The notes under the pieces were generated by a model. That model ran no database searches, was not told the DNA's origin, and saw only the letters and a program-made list of their open reading frames with translations. Shown here in pieces: positions 7,691 through 15,280 of a stretch of 24,000 nucleotides of DNA. The position numbers were made by a program, and so were the translations under genes. Origin of the DNA: Neobacillus sp. Marseille-Q6967. GTDB taxonomy: Bacteria > Bacillota > Bacilli > Bacillales > Cytobacillaceae. The stretch is taken from the NCBI GenBank assembly GCA_946151075.1, contig OX267715.1, positions 883,881-907,880 of the forward strand, in the 5' to 3' direction. How positions within the stretch are numbered: the stretch's first letter is position 1; each line of letters begins with the position of its first letter.

Positions 7691-8755
7691 TTGGAAATCG
7701 GTATTAGTACTTTTGTTGAAACAACGCCGGATGTGGAAACTGGTAAAGTCATAAGTCACGCTGAACGGATCCGGCAAGTGGTCGAGGAGATTGTACTCGC
7801 TGATGAGGTAGGGCTGGATGTTTTTGGTGTAGGGGAGCATCATCGCGAGGATTATGCTGCTTCTTCTCCGGCTGTTGTGCTTGCAGCGGCTGCATCTCAG
7901 ACAAAAAGGATCCGATTAACAAGTGCAGTTACGGTTCTTTCTTCAGATGATCCAGTCCGGGTTTTTCAGGATTTTGCTACCCTCGATGCGATTTCGAATG
8001 GACGTGCCGAGATTATGGCAGGCCGCGGGTCTTTTATCGAATCGTTTCCATTGTTTGGATATGATTTACAAGACTACAACGAGTTGTTCGAAGAAAAGCT
8101 GGATTTGTTATTAAAAATCAGTGAATCCGAAAAAGTGACATGGCAAGGCACTCATCGTCCTGCTATCCATAACCTTGGTGTGTATCCAAGACCGGTTCAA
8201 AATCCTTTACCGGTATGGATTGGCAGCGGCGGCAACCAGGATTCCGTTATTCGTGCGGGGCTCCTTGGACTTCCGTTAGTTTTAGCAATTATAGGTGGCA
8301 GTCCTTCGTATTTTGCACCACTTGTCGAACTGTATAAAAAGGCTGCCGCTCATGCCGGTCATGATGCTTCGAAGCTTCCGGTTGCATCTCATTCTCATGG
8401 TTTTATTGCTGATACAACGGAATTAGCAGCTGAAAAGTTTTTCCCATCTACCCAGCAGGCGATGAATAAATTAGGACGTGAGCGTGGCTGGGGCAAGTAT
8501 GACCGTACCAGCTTTGACCTTGCCCGGAGTTTTAAAGGCGCATTGTATGTAGGAGATCCAAAAACGGTTGCCGAGAAAATCATTCACTTGCGGAAAAATG
8601 TAGGAGTCACACGGTTCATGCTCCACGTGCCAGTCGGAACGATGCCGAATCATGAGGATGTTTTAAGAGCAATTGAATTATTGGGTAAAGAAGTGGCTCC
8701 GATGGTCCGTGAGGAAATTGCAAGATGGGAAGCTGAAAACAAACCCCAATTGTAG
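7691..8755 (+). CDS. LLM-class (luciferase-like) flavin-dependent oxidoreductase
   Basis: The start is TTG, 8 nt after GGAGG. The regions GVGEHH, RLTSAVTVLSSDDPVRVFQDFATLDAISNGRAEIMAGRGS and the overall TIM-barrel LLM pattern are present. Confidence 0.8.
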   Translation: MEIGISTFVETTPDVETGKVISHAERIRQVVEEIVLADEVGLDVFGVGEHHREDYAASSPAVVLAAAASQTKRIRLTSAVTVLSSDDPVRVFQDFATLDAISNGRAEIMAGRGSFIESFPLFGYDLQDYNELFEEKLDLLLKISESEKVTWQGTHRPAIHNLGVYPRPVQNPLPVWIGSGGNQDSVIRAGLLGLPLVLAIIGGSPSYFAPLVELYKKAAAHAGHDASKLPVASHSHGFIADTTELAAEKFFPSTQQAMNKLGRERGWGKYDRTSFDLARSFKGALYVGDPKTVAEKIIHLRKNVGVTRFMLHVPVGTMPNHEDVLRAIELLGKEVAPMVREEIARWEAENKPQL

Positions 8756-8785
8756 AGACGAGAGGAAAAAAATTTTTAAAGAGAT

Positions 8786-8818
8786 ACGGCTGTCCACGTT
8801 TTGTGACAGCCGTTTTTT
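8786..8818 (+). terminator. Intrinsic terminator after the LLM gene
   Basis: The stem ACGGCTGTC / GACAGCCGT is followed by TTTTTT. Confidence 0.8.
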
Positions 8819-8831
8819 AAACAAAAAATTT

Positions 8832-9140
8832 CTATTTTTGTTTTAACCTCATACCGAAAGATAAAATTTCGAAACTGTTTTTAAGGACATACCCGTAATT
8901 TTGTTTGTAGTCAATAACAATATCTCCATCTAAATGTTCTTTTGACTCCGGGTTTACAACAATGCTTACATCTTCAAATGAATATACTTCATCATTTTTT
9001 TCCTGCTCATCCTGAGCAAGTTCATACATCACATTACTGCTTCAACCACCAGTTTGAACAGCATTTAGTCGGATCGTAGTTTTCGCAGGAAAAACTCTCT
9101 TAAGCTGTTGATAAGCATCATTTGTCAGTACAATACTCAT
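8832..9140 (-). CDS. HesB/IscA-like (single-Cys, YneR-type) Fe-S biogenesis family protein interrupted by an in-frame TGA at the conserved Cys position: candidate selenoprotein, or a pseudogene
   Basis: The ATG at 9140 is preceded by GAGGTGA. Translation gives MSIVLTNDAYQQLKRVFPAKTTIRLNAVQTGG-TGA-SSNVMYEL..., continuing in the same frame into the listed 66-aa ORF. The TGA (9044-9042) falls where the family has GGC-S. Confidence 0.5.
9002..9020 (-). other. Candidate bacterial SECIS-like hairpin downstream of the in-frame UGA
   Basis: On the minus strand, CUUGCUCA-GGA-UGAGCAGG forms an 8-bp stem (one G-U pair) with a G-rich apical loop. It starts 21 nt after the UGA. Confidence 0.3.
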
Positions 9141-9297
9141 GTTTTCACCTCAATATTATTACTTTCCCTTATCTTTAGATTACTAATCATCCCTTTATTA
9201 AGGTACCACAGGTATTTATTGTTTTGAAATAAATTGTCTTTTTGTTTAATTTCCATTATATTAAACTTGTTATACTATTCTTAAGGGGCTCATTACT

Positions 9298-10599
9298 ATG
9301 GATTTTATCTACATTAATAATAATGTACTTGATAATCTTTTTTACATTTTGGTCTGCATTTTTATGTTCTTTTTCTTATTTGATAATGTAAAGAGACTTA
9401 AAAAATTCCATAAGCTCCTTTTTACCACTCTCATGGGGTTGCCAATTATTTTATGTATGAAATTTCCGATTTATATAGATGAATATTGCGTTCATGACTT
9501 AAGGCAAATTCCTCTTTTGCTTGGAACCTTGTATGGCGGCTGGCCCGCTGGTGTGGCATTATTAGTGGTTTTATTAATCACGCGTTTTGTTGTGTATGGA
9601 TTTAATTTCCTGACACTGGTTGTATATGTTGTAATAGTGGTTCTTACTGCTATTTACTCAGGAAGGTTTATTACATTAAATAAAAAGCATAAGTTACTAT
9701 CGTCTGTTCTCCTGACTCTGTGTCTGGGGATTGTAACTTCCTATATTGCTGTTACAATGTCTGATTATTTTGTCATAACTGATGCCTACATGTTTTATTT
9801 TATTATTCTTCCTCCAATCGTTATGTTTTTCGCCGTACATCTAATAGAATTCTTAAATGGTACCATCCATATCAGATCAAACATTGTAAAACTAGAGAAA
9901 ATGGAAGTCGTTAGCCAGCTGGCAGCAAGTATTTCGCATGAAGTTCGCAATCCATTGACTGTTGTAAAAGGGTTTGTTGAATTGTTAAAGGACCCTGAAC
10001 TTTCTCAAGAACAGAAGGAAGAATACATTTATCATGTTGTAAGAGAACTTAATCAAGCAGAGTCAATAATTAGTGAATATTTAGCTTTCGCAAAGCCGGC
10101 AACGGAAAAAGTAGAACCTATTTTGATAGACCGGGAGATTAGAAATGTCGTTGAGATCATAAGGCCATTAGCCAACATGAGTTCGGTTAATATAATGGAA
10201 AAGATCGTACCAGGAACAGTTCTTGGAAATACTAACTATTTCCGTCAATGTTTTTTAAACCTAATGAAAAACGCGATTGAGGCTTTACCAAACGGTGGAG
10301 AACTTATGATTGTTTCAGCTGTTGAAAAAAACAAAGTGATAATTAAAATTATCGATAACGGTGTCGGCATGAGTAAGGAACAAATAAATCGATATGGAGA
10401 ACCCTATTATAGCTGTAAAGAAAAAGGGACAGGCTTGGGTTCCATGGTTGCTGTGAAAACTATTCAAACGATGAACGGAAAACTGGATGTTCAGAGTATC
10501 CCTAATGAAGGAACAAAAATTACCGTTACCTTTCCTGCTTATATTTCAGAACTTGGCGATTTCAATCCAAAATTAAAACAGGCAAATAATACGATATAA
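9298..10599 (+). CDS. KinB-like membrane sensor histidine kinase (sporulation-kinase type HisKA, no cognate regulator adjacent)
   Basis: About 6 N-terminal TM helices are followed by the H-box SHEVRNPLTVVKGFVELL. The N-box is LMKNAIEAL, the G1 box IDNGVGM and the G2 box GTGLG. YGEPYYSCKEKGTGLG closely resembles the B. subtilis KinB layout as I recall it. Confidence 0.75.
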   Translation: MDFIYINNNVLDNLFYILVCIFMFFFLFDNVKRLKKFHKLLFTTLMGLPIILCMKFPIYIDEYCVHDLRQIPLLLGTLYGGWPAGVALLVVLLITRFVVYGFNFLTLVVYVVIVVLTAIYSGRFITLNKKHKLLSSVLLTLCLGIVTSYIAVTMSDYFVITDAYMFYFIILPPIVMFFAVHLIEFLNGTIHIRSNIVKLEKMEVVSQLAASISHEVRNPLTVVKGFVELLKDPELSQEQKEEYIYHVVRELNQAESIISEYLAFAKPATEKVEPILIDREIRNVVEIIRPLANMSSVNIMEKIVPGTVLGNTNYFRQCFLNLMKNAIEALPNGGELMIVSAVEKNKVIIKIIDNGVGMSKEQINRYGEPYYSCKEKGTGLGSMVAVKTIQTMNGKLDVQSIPNEGTKITVTFPAYISELGDFNPKLKQANNTI

Positions 10600-10611
10600 C
10601 GGAGTCAAGAA

Positions 10612-10639
10612 GGTCACCAATTATTGGTGGCTTTTTTTC
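10612..10639 (+). terminator. Intrinsic terminator of the kinase gene
   Basis: The stem GGTCACCAA / TTGGTGGC is followed by TTTTTTT. Confidence 0.7.
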
Positions 10640-10840
10640 ATTGGACTATTAATTCCCTTTGCTACTTCTCTAAATCGTAATATGAAAAACTAGTTCGTTA
10701 TACTACTCTATAAATCCAGAGCAAAAAATAGGGTGGTATTTTTAAAATAAATTACTGAATATTTAGAACTAAATCAACATACACATTACTATCTTCAAAA
10801 AATCCACAACATTTCACAGTACATCCCACAACTTAATTCA

Positions 10841-10859
10841 AAAATACCTTTGGTATTTT
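10841..10859. promoter_or_regulatory. Perfect 8-bp inverted repeat upstream of the BMC cluster (candidate operator or weak hairpin)
   Basis: AAAATACC-TTT-GGTATTTT lies 47 nt upstream of the SDR start. Direct repeats CCACAAC are also present at about 10804 and 10826. No protein-binding evidence is available. Confidence 0.25.
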
Positions 10860-10905
10860 GTTGTTTTTTAAATAAGCCCATTTAAAAAGGTGAGGAGCTG
10901 GTAAT

Positions 10906-11664
10906 ATGTTAAGTTCATTTCAAGGAAAAACGATAATTGTTACGGGTGGTAGTAAAGGAATAGGAAAAGGTATTGCTCGTGTATTTGCTAAAAATGGGGC
11001 AAATGTCGCTGTGGTAGCCCGTAATTTAGAGGCAGCTGAGGAATGTGCTTCCGAATTAAATGAGGAAAACACAAATGTAATGGCATTTACGGGTGACGTC
11101 CAAGATCGTGAATCAATGAAGGCAGTGGCACGACAGGTTTTTGAAAAATTTGGAAGTGTTGATGTGTTATGTGCAAACGCGGGAATTTTCCCTGCTGCTA
11201 ATCTTGAGGATATGACAAATGAAGATTGGGATACGGTCATGAATACCAATGCAAAAGGGACCTTTCACGCTGTTCAAGCCTGTATCCCATACTTAAAACA
11301 AGCGGAATACGGTCGTATTGTCATTACCTCATCCATTACCGGTCCTGTCACTGGATACCCTGGATGGTCTCACTATGCGGCAAGTAAGGCGGCACAATTA
11401 GGTTTTATGAGAACAGCAGCATTAGAGTTAGCCAGTCATCAAATTACAGTGAATGCAGTACTTCCGGGTAATGTACTAACGGAAGGATTAGAGGGCTTAG
11501 GAGACGATTATTTAACAGAAATGGCCTCTGCCATTCCGATGAAAAAGTTAGGCACCGTAGAAGATATAGGTTATGCGGCCCTATTCTTAGCCTCGAAAGA
11601 AGCAGGCTTTATTACGGGTCAAACAATTATAGTAGATGGCGGCCAAATACTGCCAGAAAACTAG
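10906..11664 (+). CDS. SDR family oxidoreductase (FabG-like), candidate aminoacetone / 1-amino-2-propanol dehydrogenase of the BMC pathway
   Basis: It has TGGSKGIGKG, NAG and a SHYAASKAA catalytic Tyr/Lys, with a GGTGAGGAG SD. It is the first gene of the co-directional cluster. Confidence 0.8.
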   Translation: MLSSFQGKTIIVTGGSKGIGKGIARVFAKNGANVAVVARNLEAAEECASELNEENTNVMAFTGDVQDRESMKAVARQVFEKFGSVDVLCANAGIFPAANLEDMTNEDWDTVMNTNAKGTFHAVQACIPYLKQAEYGRIVITSSITGPVTGYPGWSHYAASKAAQLGFMRTAALELASHQITVNAVLPGNVLTEGLEGLGDDYLTEMASAIPMKKLGTVEDIGYAALFLASKEAGFITGQTIIVDGGQILPEN

Positions 11665-11716
11665 ATATCCTAAGTATATAAGGTTCCCATTCATTGCAAG
11701 GCAGGTGATAGCAGAT

Positions 11717-12493
11717 ATGTCTTTATCTTTTGAAGAACGGAAAACAACTATTATGGAATCTTTAGAAAAGGAAGAGAAAGTTCAGGTCCGGGTGCTGGCT
11801 AATATGCTTCAAGTTTCGGATGAAACGATTCGCCGTGATTTGGATCGTCTAGAAAAAGAGGGGTACTTGAAAAAGGTATATGGGGGAGCTGTCAAAACAA
11901 AGATTCATAGTTGGGAACTGCCTTTTGATGAGAAAACAATGATTAATCAAAGAGAGAAACAAGCCATTTGCAGAGCGGCAGCGAGTCTAGTGGAAGACGG
12001 TGACATCATCATGATAGGAAATGGTACCACTCCGTTAGAAATGGTTCCCTTTTTAGCGGATAAAAAGGATATTACTCTAATAACCCACTCTGTACCCGTT
12101 ATGCTTGGAGCTATGGATGTTTTTAAAGGCCGTGTTATTTTTATTGGCGGTGAGATCGAAAAAAATCAAAAATACACGAGCGGCCCTCTATCAGAGAGGA
12201 TGCTCGAATTGCTTCGTGCCAATAAAGCCTTTATTTGTGCAGGCGGCATTTCAACGCTTAATGGAATTACCGACTATGATATCAGCGGCTCGAGTATCTC
12301 GCGTAAAATGATGGAACGAGCTGAAGAGGTCATTATTTTGGCAGACCATACTAAGTTTGGAAAAACAACTTTTGCCCATATGTGCTCTTTAACAGATGCA
12401 TCTAGAATTATTACAGATCAATACTGTCCAAAGGAATGGAAACATATATTGGCTGAAAAAGATATTGATTTGTTGATCGCGGATGAGATTTAA
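11717..12493 (+). CDS. DeoR family transcriptional regulator
   Basis: The N-terminal wHTH (VLANMLQVSDETIRRDLDRLEKEGYLKKVYGGA) is followed by a DeoR C-terminal sugar-phosphate-isomerase-like sensor domain. I chose the ATG at 11717 (AGGTGA SD 8 nt upstream) over the track start at 11636, which overlaps the SDR gene. Confidence 0.85.
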   Translation: MSLSFEERKTTIMESLEKEEKVQVRVLANMLQVSDETIRRDLDRLEKEGYLKKVYGGAVKTKIHSWELPFDEKTMINQREKQAICRAAASLVEDGDIIMIGNGTTPLEMVPFLADKKDITLITHSVPVMLGAMDVFKGRVIFIGGEIEKNQKYTSGPLSERMLELLRANKAFICAGGISTLNGITDYDISGSSISRKMMERAEEVIILADHTKFGKTTFAHMCSLTDASRIITDQYCPKEWKHILAEKDIDLLIADEI

Positions 12494-12533
12494 TACTACA
12501 CATCAATAGAGTTATAGAAATGAGGAGAATAAT

Positions 12534-13796
12534 ATGATTGAATTCGGCAGTAAAAAAACGGTGATTGATCGATCCCTTCAATGGTGGAACCCGGGAAAAA
12601 CCAGTCAATGGCAAAAAGATGGTATTGATCTGGTAATGGGGGAAAGAGAAGGTTATTATTTTTACGATATGGAAGGCAAAAAGTTGATGGATGTCCATTT
12701 AAATGGAGGGACTTATAATTTAGGACACCGTAATCCTGAAATTATTGCCGCCCTGAAAGAAGCATTAGATGAGTTTGATATTGGAAATCATCATTTTCCT
12801 GCGATGACTCGCGCTCTCCTAGCGGAAAAGATGGCTGAATGTACACCGGACAGCCTTCATTATACGATATTATCGGCAGGTGGAAGTGAAGCGATTGACG
12901 TCGCTTTAAAATGCGCTAGATATGCAACCAAGCGGACCAAGATTGTTTCCATCATAAATGGTTATCATGGCCATACGGGGCTTGCTGTATCATTAGGAAA
13001 TGAACGTTACTCACGTCCGTTTTTGAGTGAAGGGGATCCTGCAGAGTTTCTTCATGTTCCATTCAATGATTTGGAAGCTATGGAGAGAGCCCTGATGAGT
13101 GAAGATGTCGCGTGTGTCATTATTGAGACGATCCCGGCAACCTATGGATTTCCTATGCCTGAAAAAGGATATATATCTGCTGTGAAAAGATTGTGTGAGA
13201 GGTATGGAACTTTATATATTGCAGATGAGGTACAAACAGGATTAATGAGGACCGGGAAGCTCTGGGGGATTGAACATTATGGGGTTGAACCAGATATACT
13301 CGTTACCTCAAAAGGTTTCAGTGGAGGAATTTATCCAATTGCAGCAACCGTTGTTAGTAAAAAAGCGGGGAATTGGATGAACGAGGATGGTTTTGCTCAT
13401 ATCTCAACTTTCGGCGGATCAGAGTTGGGCTGTATCGTAGCGATGAAGGTGTTAGAAATCTCTCAACGCAGGGAAGTTAAGCAAAATGTCGATTTTGTTG
13501 CCCGATATTTACGGACAGGATTAGAGATGATTAAGAAGCAATACCCTGATTTCTTCGTTGGTATTCGCCAATTAGGTGTCGTAATGGGTCTGGAATTTAA
13601 TCATCCAAAAGGGGCGGTCTATGTCATGCAGGAACTTTATAAAAATGGAGTATGGGCCATTTATTCCATGCTCGATAATAGAGTCCTTCAATTTAAACCA
13701 GGTTTGCTGTGTGATAAAGACTATTGTGATGAGTTATTATCAAAATGTGAAGACAGTATAAAGCAGGCAGCTAAAATGGCTTACAGCTATAGCTGA
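12534..13796 (+). CDS. Class-III aminotransferase-fold PLP enzyme, candidate amino-alcohol O-phosphate phospho-lyase
   Basis: It has SGGSEAIDVALK, DEVQTGLMRTGKLWG and the PLP lysine in TSKGFSGG, with a GAGGAG SD. Its position immediately upstream of an APH-family kinase matches RMM-type loci. Confidence 0.75.
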   Translation: MIEFGSKKTVIDRSLQWWNPGKTSQWQKDGIDLVMGEREGYYFYDMEGKKLMDVHLNGGTYNLGHRNPEIIAALKEALDEFDIGNHHFPAMTRALLAEKMAECTPDSLHYTILSAGGSEAIDVALKCARYATKRTKIVSIINGYHGHTGLAVSLGNERYSRPFLSEGDPAEFLHVPFNDLEAMERALMSEDVACVIIETIPATYGFPMPEKGYISAVKRLCERYGTLYIADEVQTGLMRTGKLWGIEHYGVEPDILVTSKGFSGGIYPIAATVVSKKAGNWMNEDGFAHISTFGGSELGCIVAMKVLEISQRREVKQNVDFVARYLRTGLEMIKKQYPDFFVGIRQLGVVMGLEFNHPKGAVYVMQELYKNGVWAIYSMLDNRVLQFKPGLLCDKDYCDELLSKCEDSIKQAAKMAYSYS

Positions 13797-13816
13797 TAAG
13801 AGGGGAGTCTGGAAAT

Positions 13817-14830
13817 ATGAGTAATTCCTTCGTGGACCCACTACAAGAATCGATAGCAAAATTTAATCAAATTGCCAATACAGCCATTGGCTGCTATCCA
13901 TTATTATCAAAAGCTGTGATTCAACTATTAAACTACTCTGAAAATGCAACCTACCTAGTAAAAAGGCTAGGTACGAATGAAAAATATATACTACGCGTCG
14001 GCCGTCCTGGATACCACACGAAAACAGAAGTTGAGAGTGAACTTGAATGGTTGAAGTCGATTCATAAGCATTCGAATATACAGGTTTCACTGCCTATTTT
14101 AGGAGGAAATGGCGAATATATTCAAGCCCTAAATCATGAAAATGAATCCTATTATTGTACACTTTTTACCTTTTTAGAAGGAGAAGCCCCAAACGAAGAG
14201 AACGAAACCGAACTTATCAGCCAATTTGAAAAGCTTGGTGAGATTACAGCCCAACTGCACAATCATAGTATCAAGAACTGGGATGAACTTAGTCGAGTTC
14301 AGCGGTTAACATGGGATTACGAAACGGTCTTAGGACCATCTCCAAAATGGGGAAAATGGCAGGATGGTTTGGGGATGACGCCTGAACGTGAGGAATTATT
14401 CACGAAAGTTGCCAAAAAAATTAAAAACAGGTTAGAGCAATTCGGTAAAGGGTCCAATCGTTTTGGCTTGATCCACTCCGATTTACGTCTTGCCAATTTA
14501 CTAGTGGAACGTGACCAAATTAAAGTGATTGACTTTGATGATTGTGGATTTGGATGGTACCTATATGATCTAGCAACTTCTATAAGCTTTATCGAACATA
14601 AACCATATGTACCTGAACTAATCCAATCTTGGTTAAAAGGGTATCAAAAAATTCGCGCTCTTTCCAATGAGGAGAAACAAGAAATTCCTACTTTTATTTT
14701 GATGCGAAGACTCCAGTTAATTGCTTGGGTTGGCAGCCGAGATAACGAAACAACACGAGAATTAGGAAGTAATTTTACCGTGGAAACCGATGATTTGGCA
14801 AAAAAATACCTGCTTGAAGGAACAATATAA
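13817..14830 (+). CDS. APH (aminoglycoside phosphotransferase-like) family kinase, candidate amino-alcohol kinase
   Basis: It has the Brenner motif HSDLRLANLL and the DFD metal-binding motif VIDFDDCGFGW. Confidence 0.8.
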   Translation: MSNSFVDPLQESIAKFNQIANTAIGCYPLLSKAVIQLLNYSENATYLVKRLGTNEKYILRVGRPGYHTKTEVESELEWLKSIHKHSNIQVSLPILGGNGEYIQALNHENESYYCTLFTFLEGEAPNEENETELISQFEKLGEITAQLHNHSIKNWDELSRVQRLTWDYETVLGPSPKWGKWQDGLGMTPEREELFTKVAKKIKNRLEQFGKGSNRFGLIHSDLRLANLLVERDQIKVIDFDDCGFGWYLYDLATSISFIEHKPYVPELIQSWLKGYQKIRALSNEEKQEIPTFILMRRLQLIAWVGSRDNETTRELGSNFTVETDDLAKKYLLEGTI

Positions 14831-14860
14831 TATCTGACAGTTGTACAGGTGGTGGAAAAG

Positions 14861-15256
14861 ATGGATGTCAAATTAGTAGAAGAGATTACCAGATTAGTAT
14901 TGTCTAAGTTGGAAGAATCCTCAGAACCAACTTTAAACTTCGACTATCCTCCTCTTACTGAAGAGGAAGTTAAGGAGTGGAATGAGATTTCTTCGGCTAT
15001 TATGTTTTCGAAAGGAACAAATGATGTTCCTTCCTATTTAGCCCCACTGACGAACGAAGAATTAAAAATGTGGAATGTCTTATCTGACAGAATTGGATTT
15101 AAAAAGAGCGTTAATTTTTCGAGTGTGGCAGAACAATCTGGCTACCGTCCACTTACGGACAAGGAGTTAAAAGACTGGAATGATTTGGGGAAGAAAAGGG
15201 TTGTTCGGGTAAGAAATTCTAAACATGGCGAAGTAAAATTTTTTCAACATCAATAA
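14861..15256 (+). CDS. Small BMC-associated protein: encapsulation-peptide-like N-terminal helix plus three PLTxxExKxWN repeats (unknown function)
   Basis: The N-terminus is MDVKLVEEITRLVLSKLEE. The repeats are PPLTEEEVKEWNEI, APLTNEELKMWNVL and RPLTDKELKDWNDL. The ATG at 14861 follows AGGTGG by 9 nt, and the track start at 14849 is a less likely GTG. Confidence 0.65.
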   Translation: MDVKLVEEITRLVLSKLEESSEPTLNFDYPPLTEEEVKEWNEISSAIMFSKGTNDVPSYLAPLTNEELKMWNVLSDRIGFKKSVNFSSVAEQSGYRPLTDKELKDWNDLGKKRVVRVRNSKHGEVKFFQHQ

Positions 15257-15280
15257 TAGGGTGAATGAAAGGAGAGAGGA

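Noticed and set aside
6955-8653. Internal or antisense ORFs 6955-7149(-), 7923-8114(+), 8395-8583(-) and 8471-8653(-).
   Set aside because: They lie inside the desulfurase and LLM genes, either out of frame or antisense, and have no recognisable domains.
8832-9032. Stand-alone 66-aa ORF starting at GTG 9032.
   Set aside because: It has no SD, and it is in frame with a well-initiated upstream segment that supplies the missing N-terminal half of the HesB-like fold. I treat it as part of a UGA-interrupted gene.
11636-11716. 27-codon N-terminal extension of the DeoR gene.
   Set aside because: It overlaps the 3' end of the SDR gene, has no SD and adds residues absent from DeoR N-termini. The ATG at 11717 is preceded by AGGTGA.
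10920-12698. ORFs 10920-11249(-), 12105-12311(+) and 12411-12698(-).
   Set aside because: They are antisense or out of frame within the SDR, DeoR and PLP-enzyme genes. They have the Ser/Thr/Ala-rich shadow composition typical of such ORFs.
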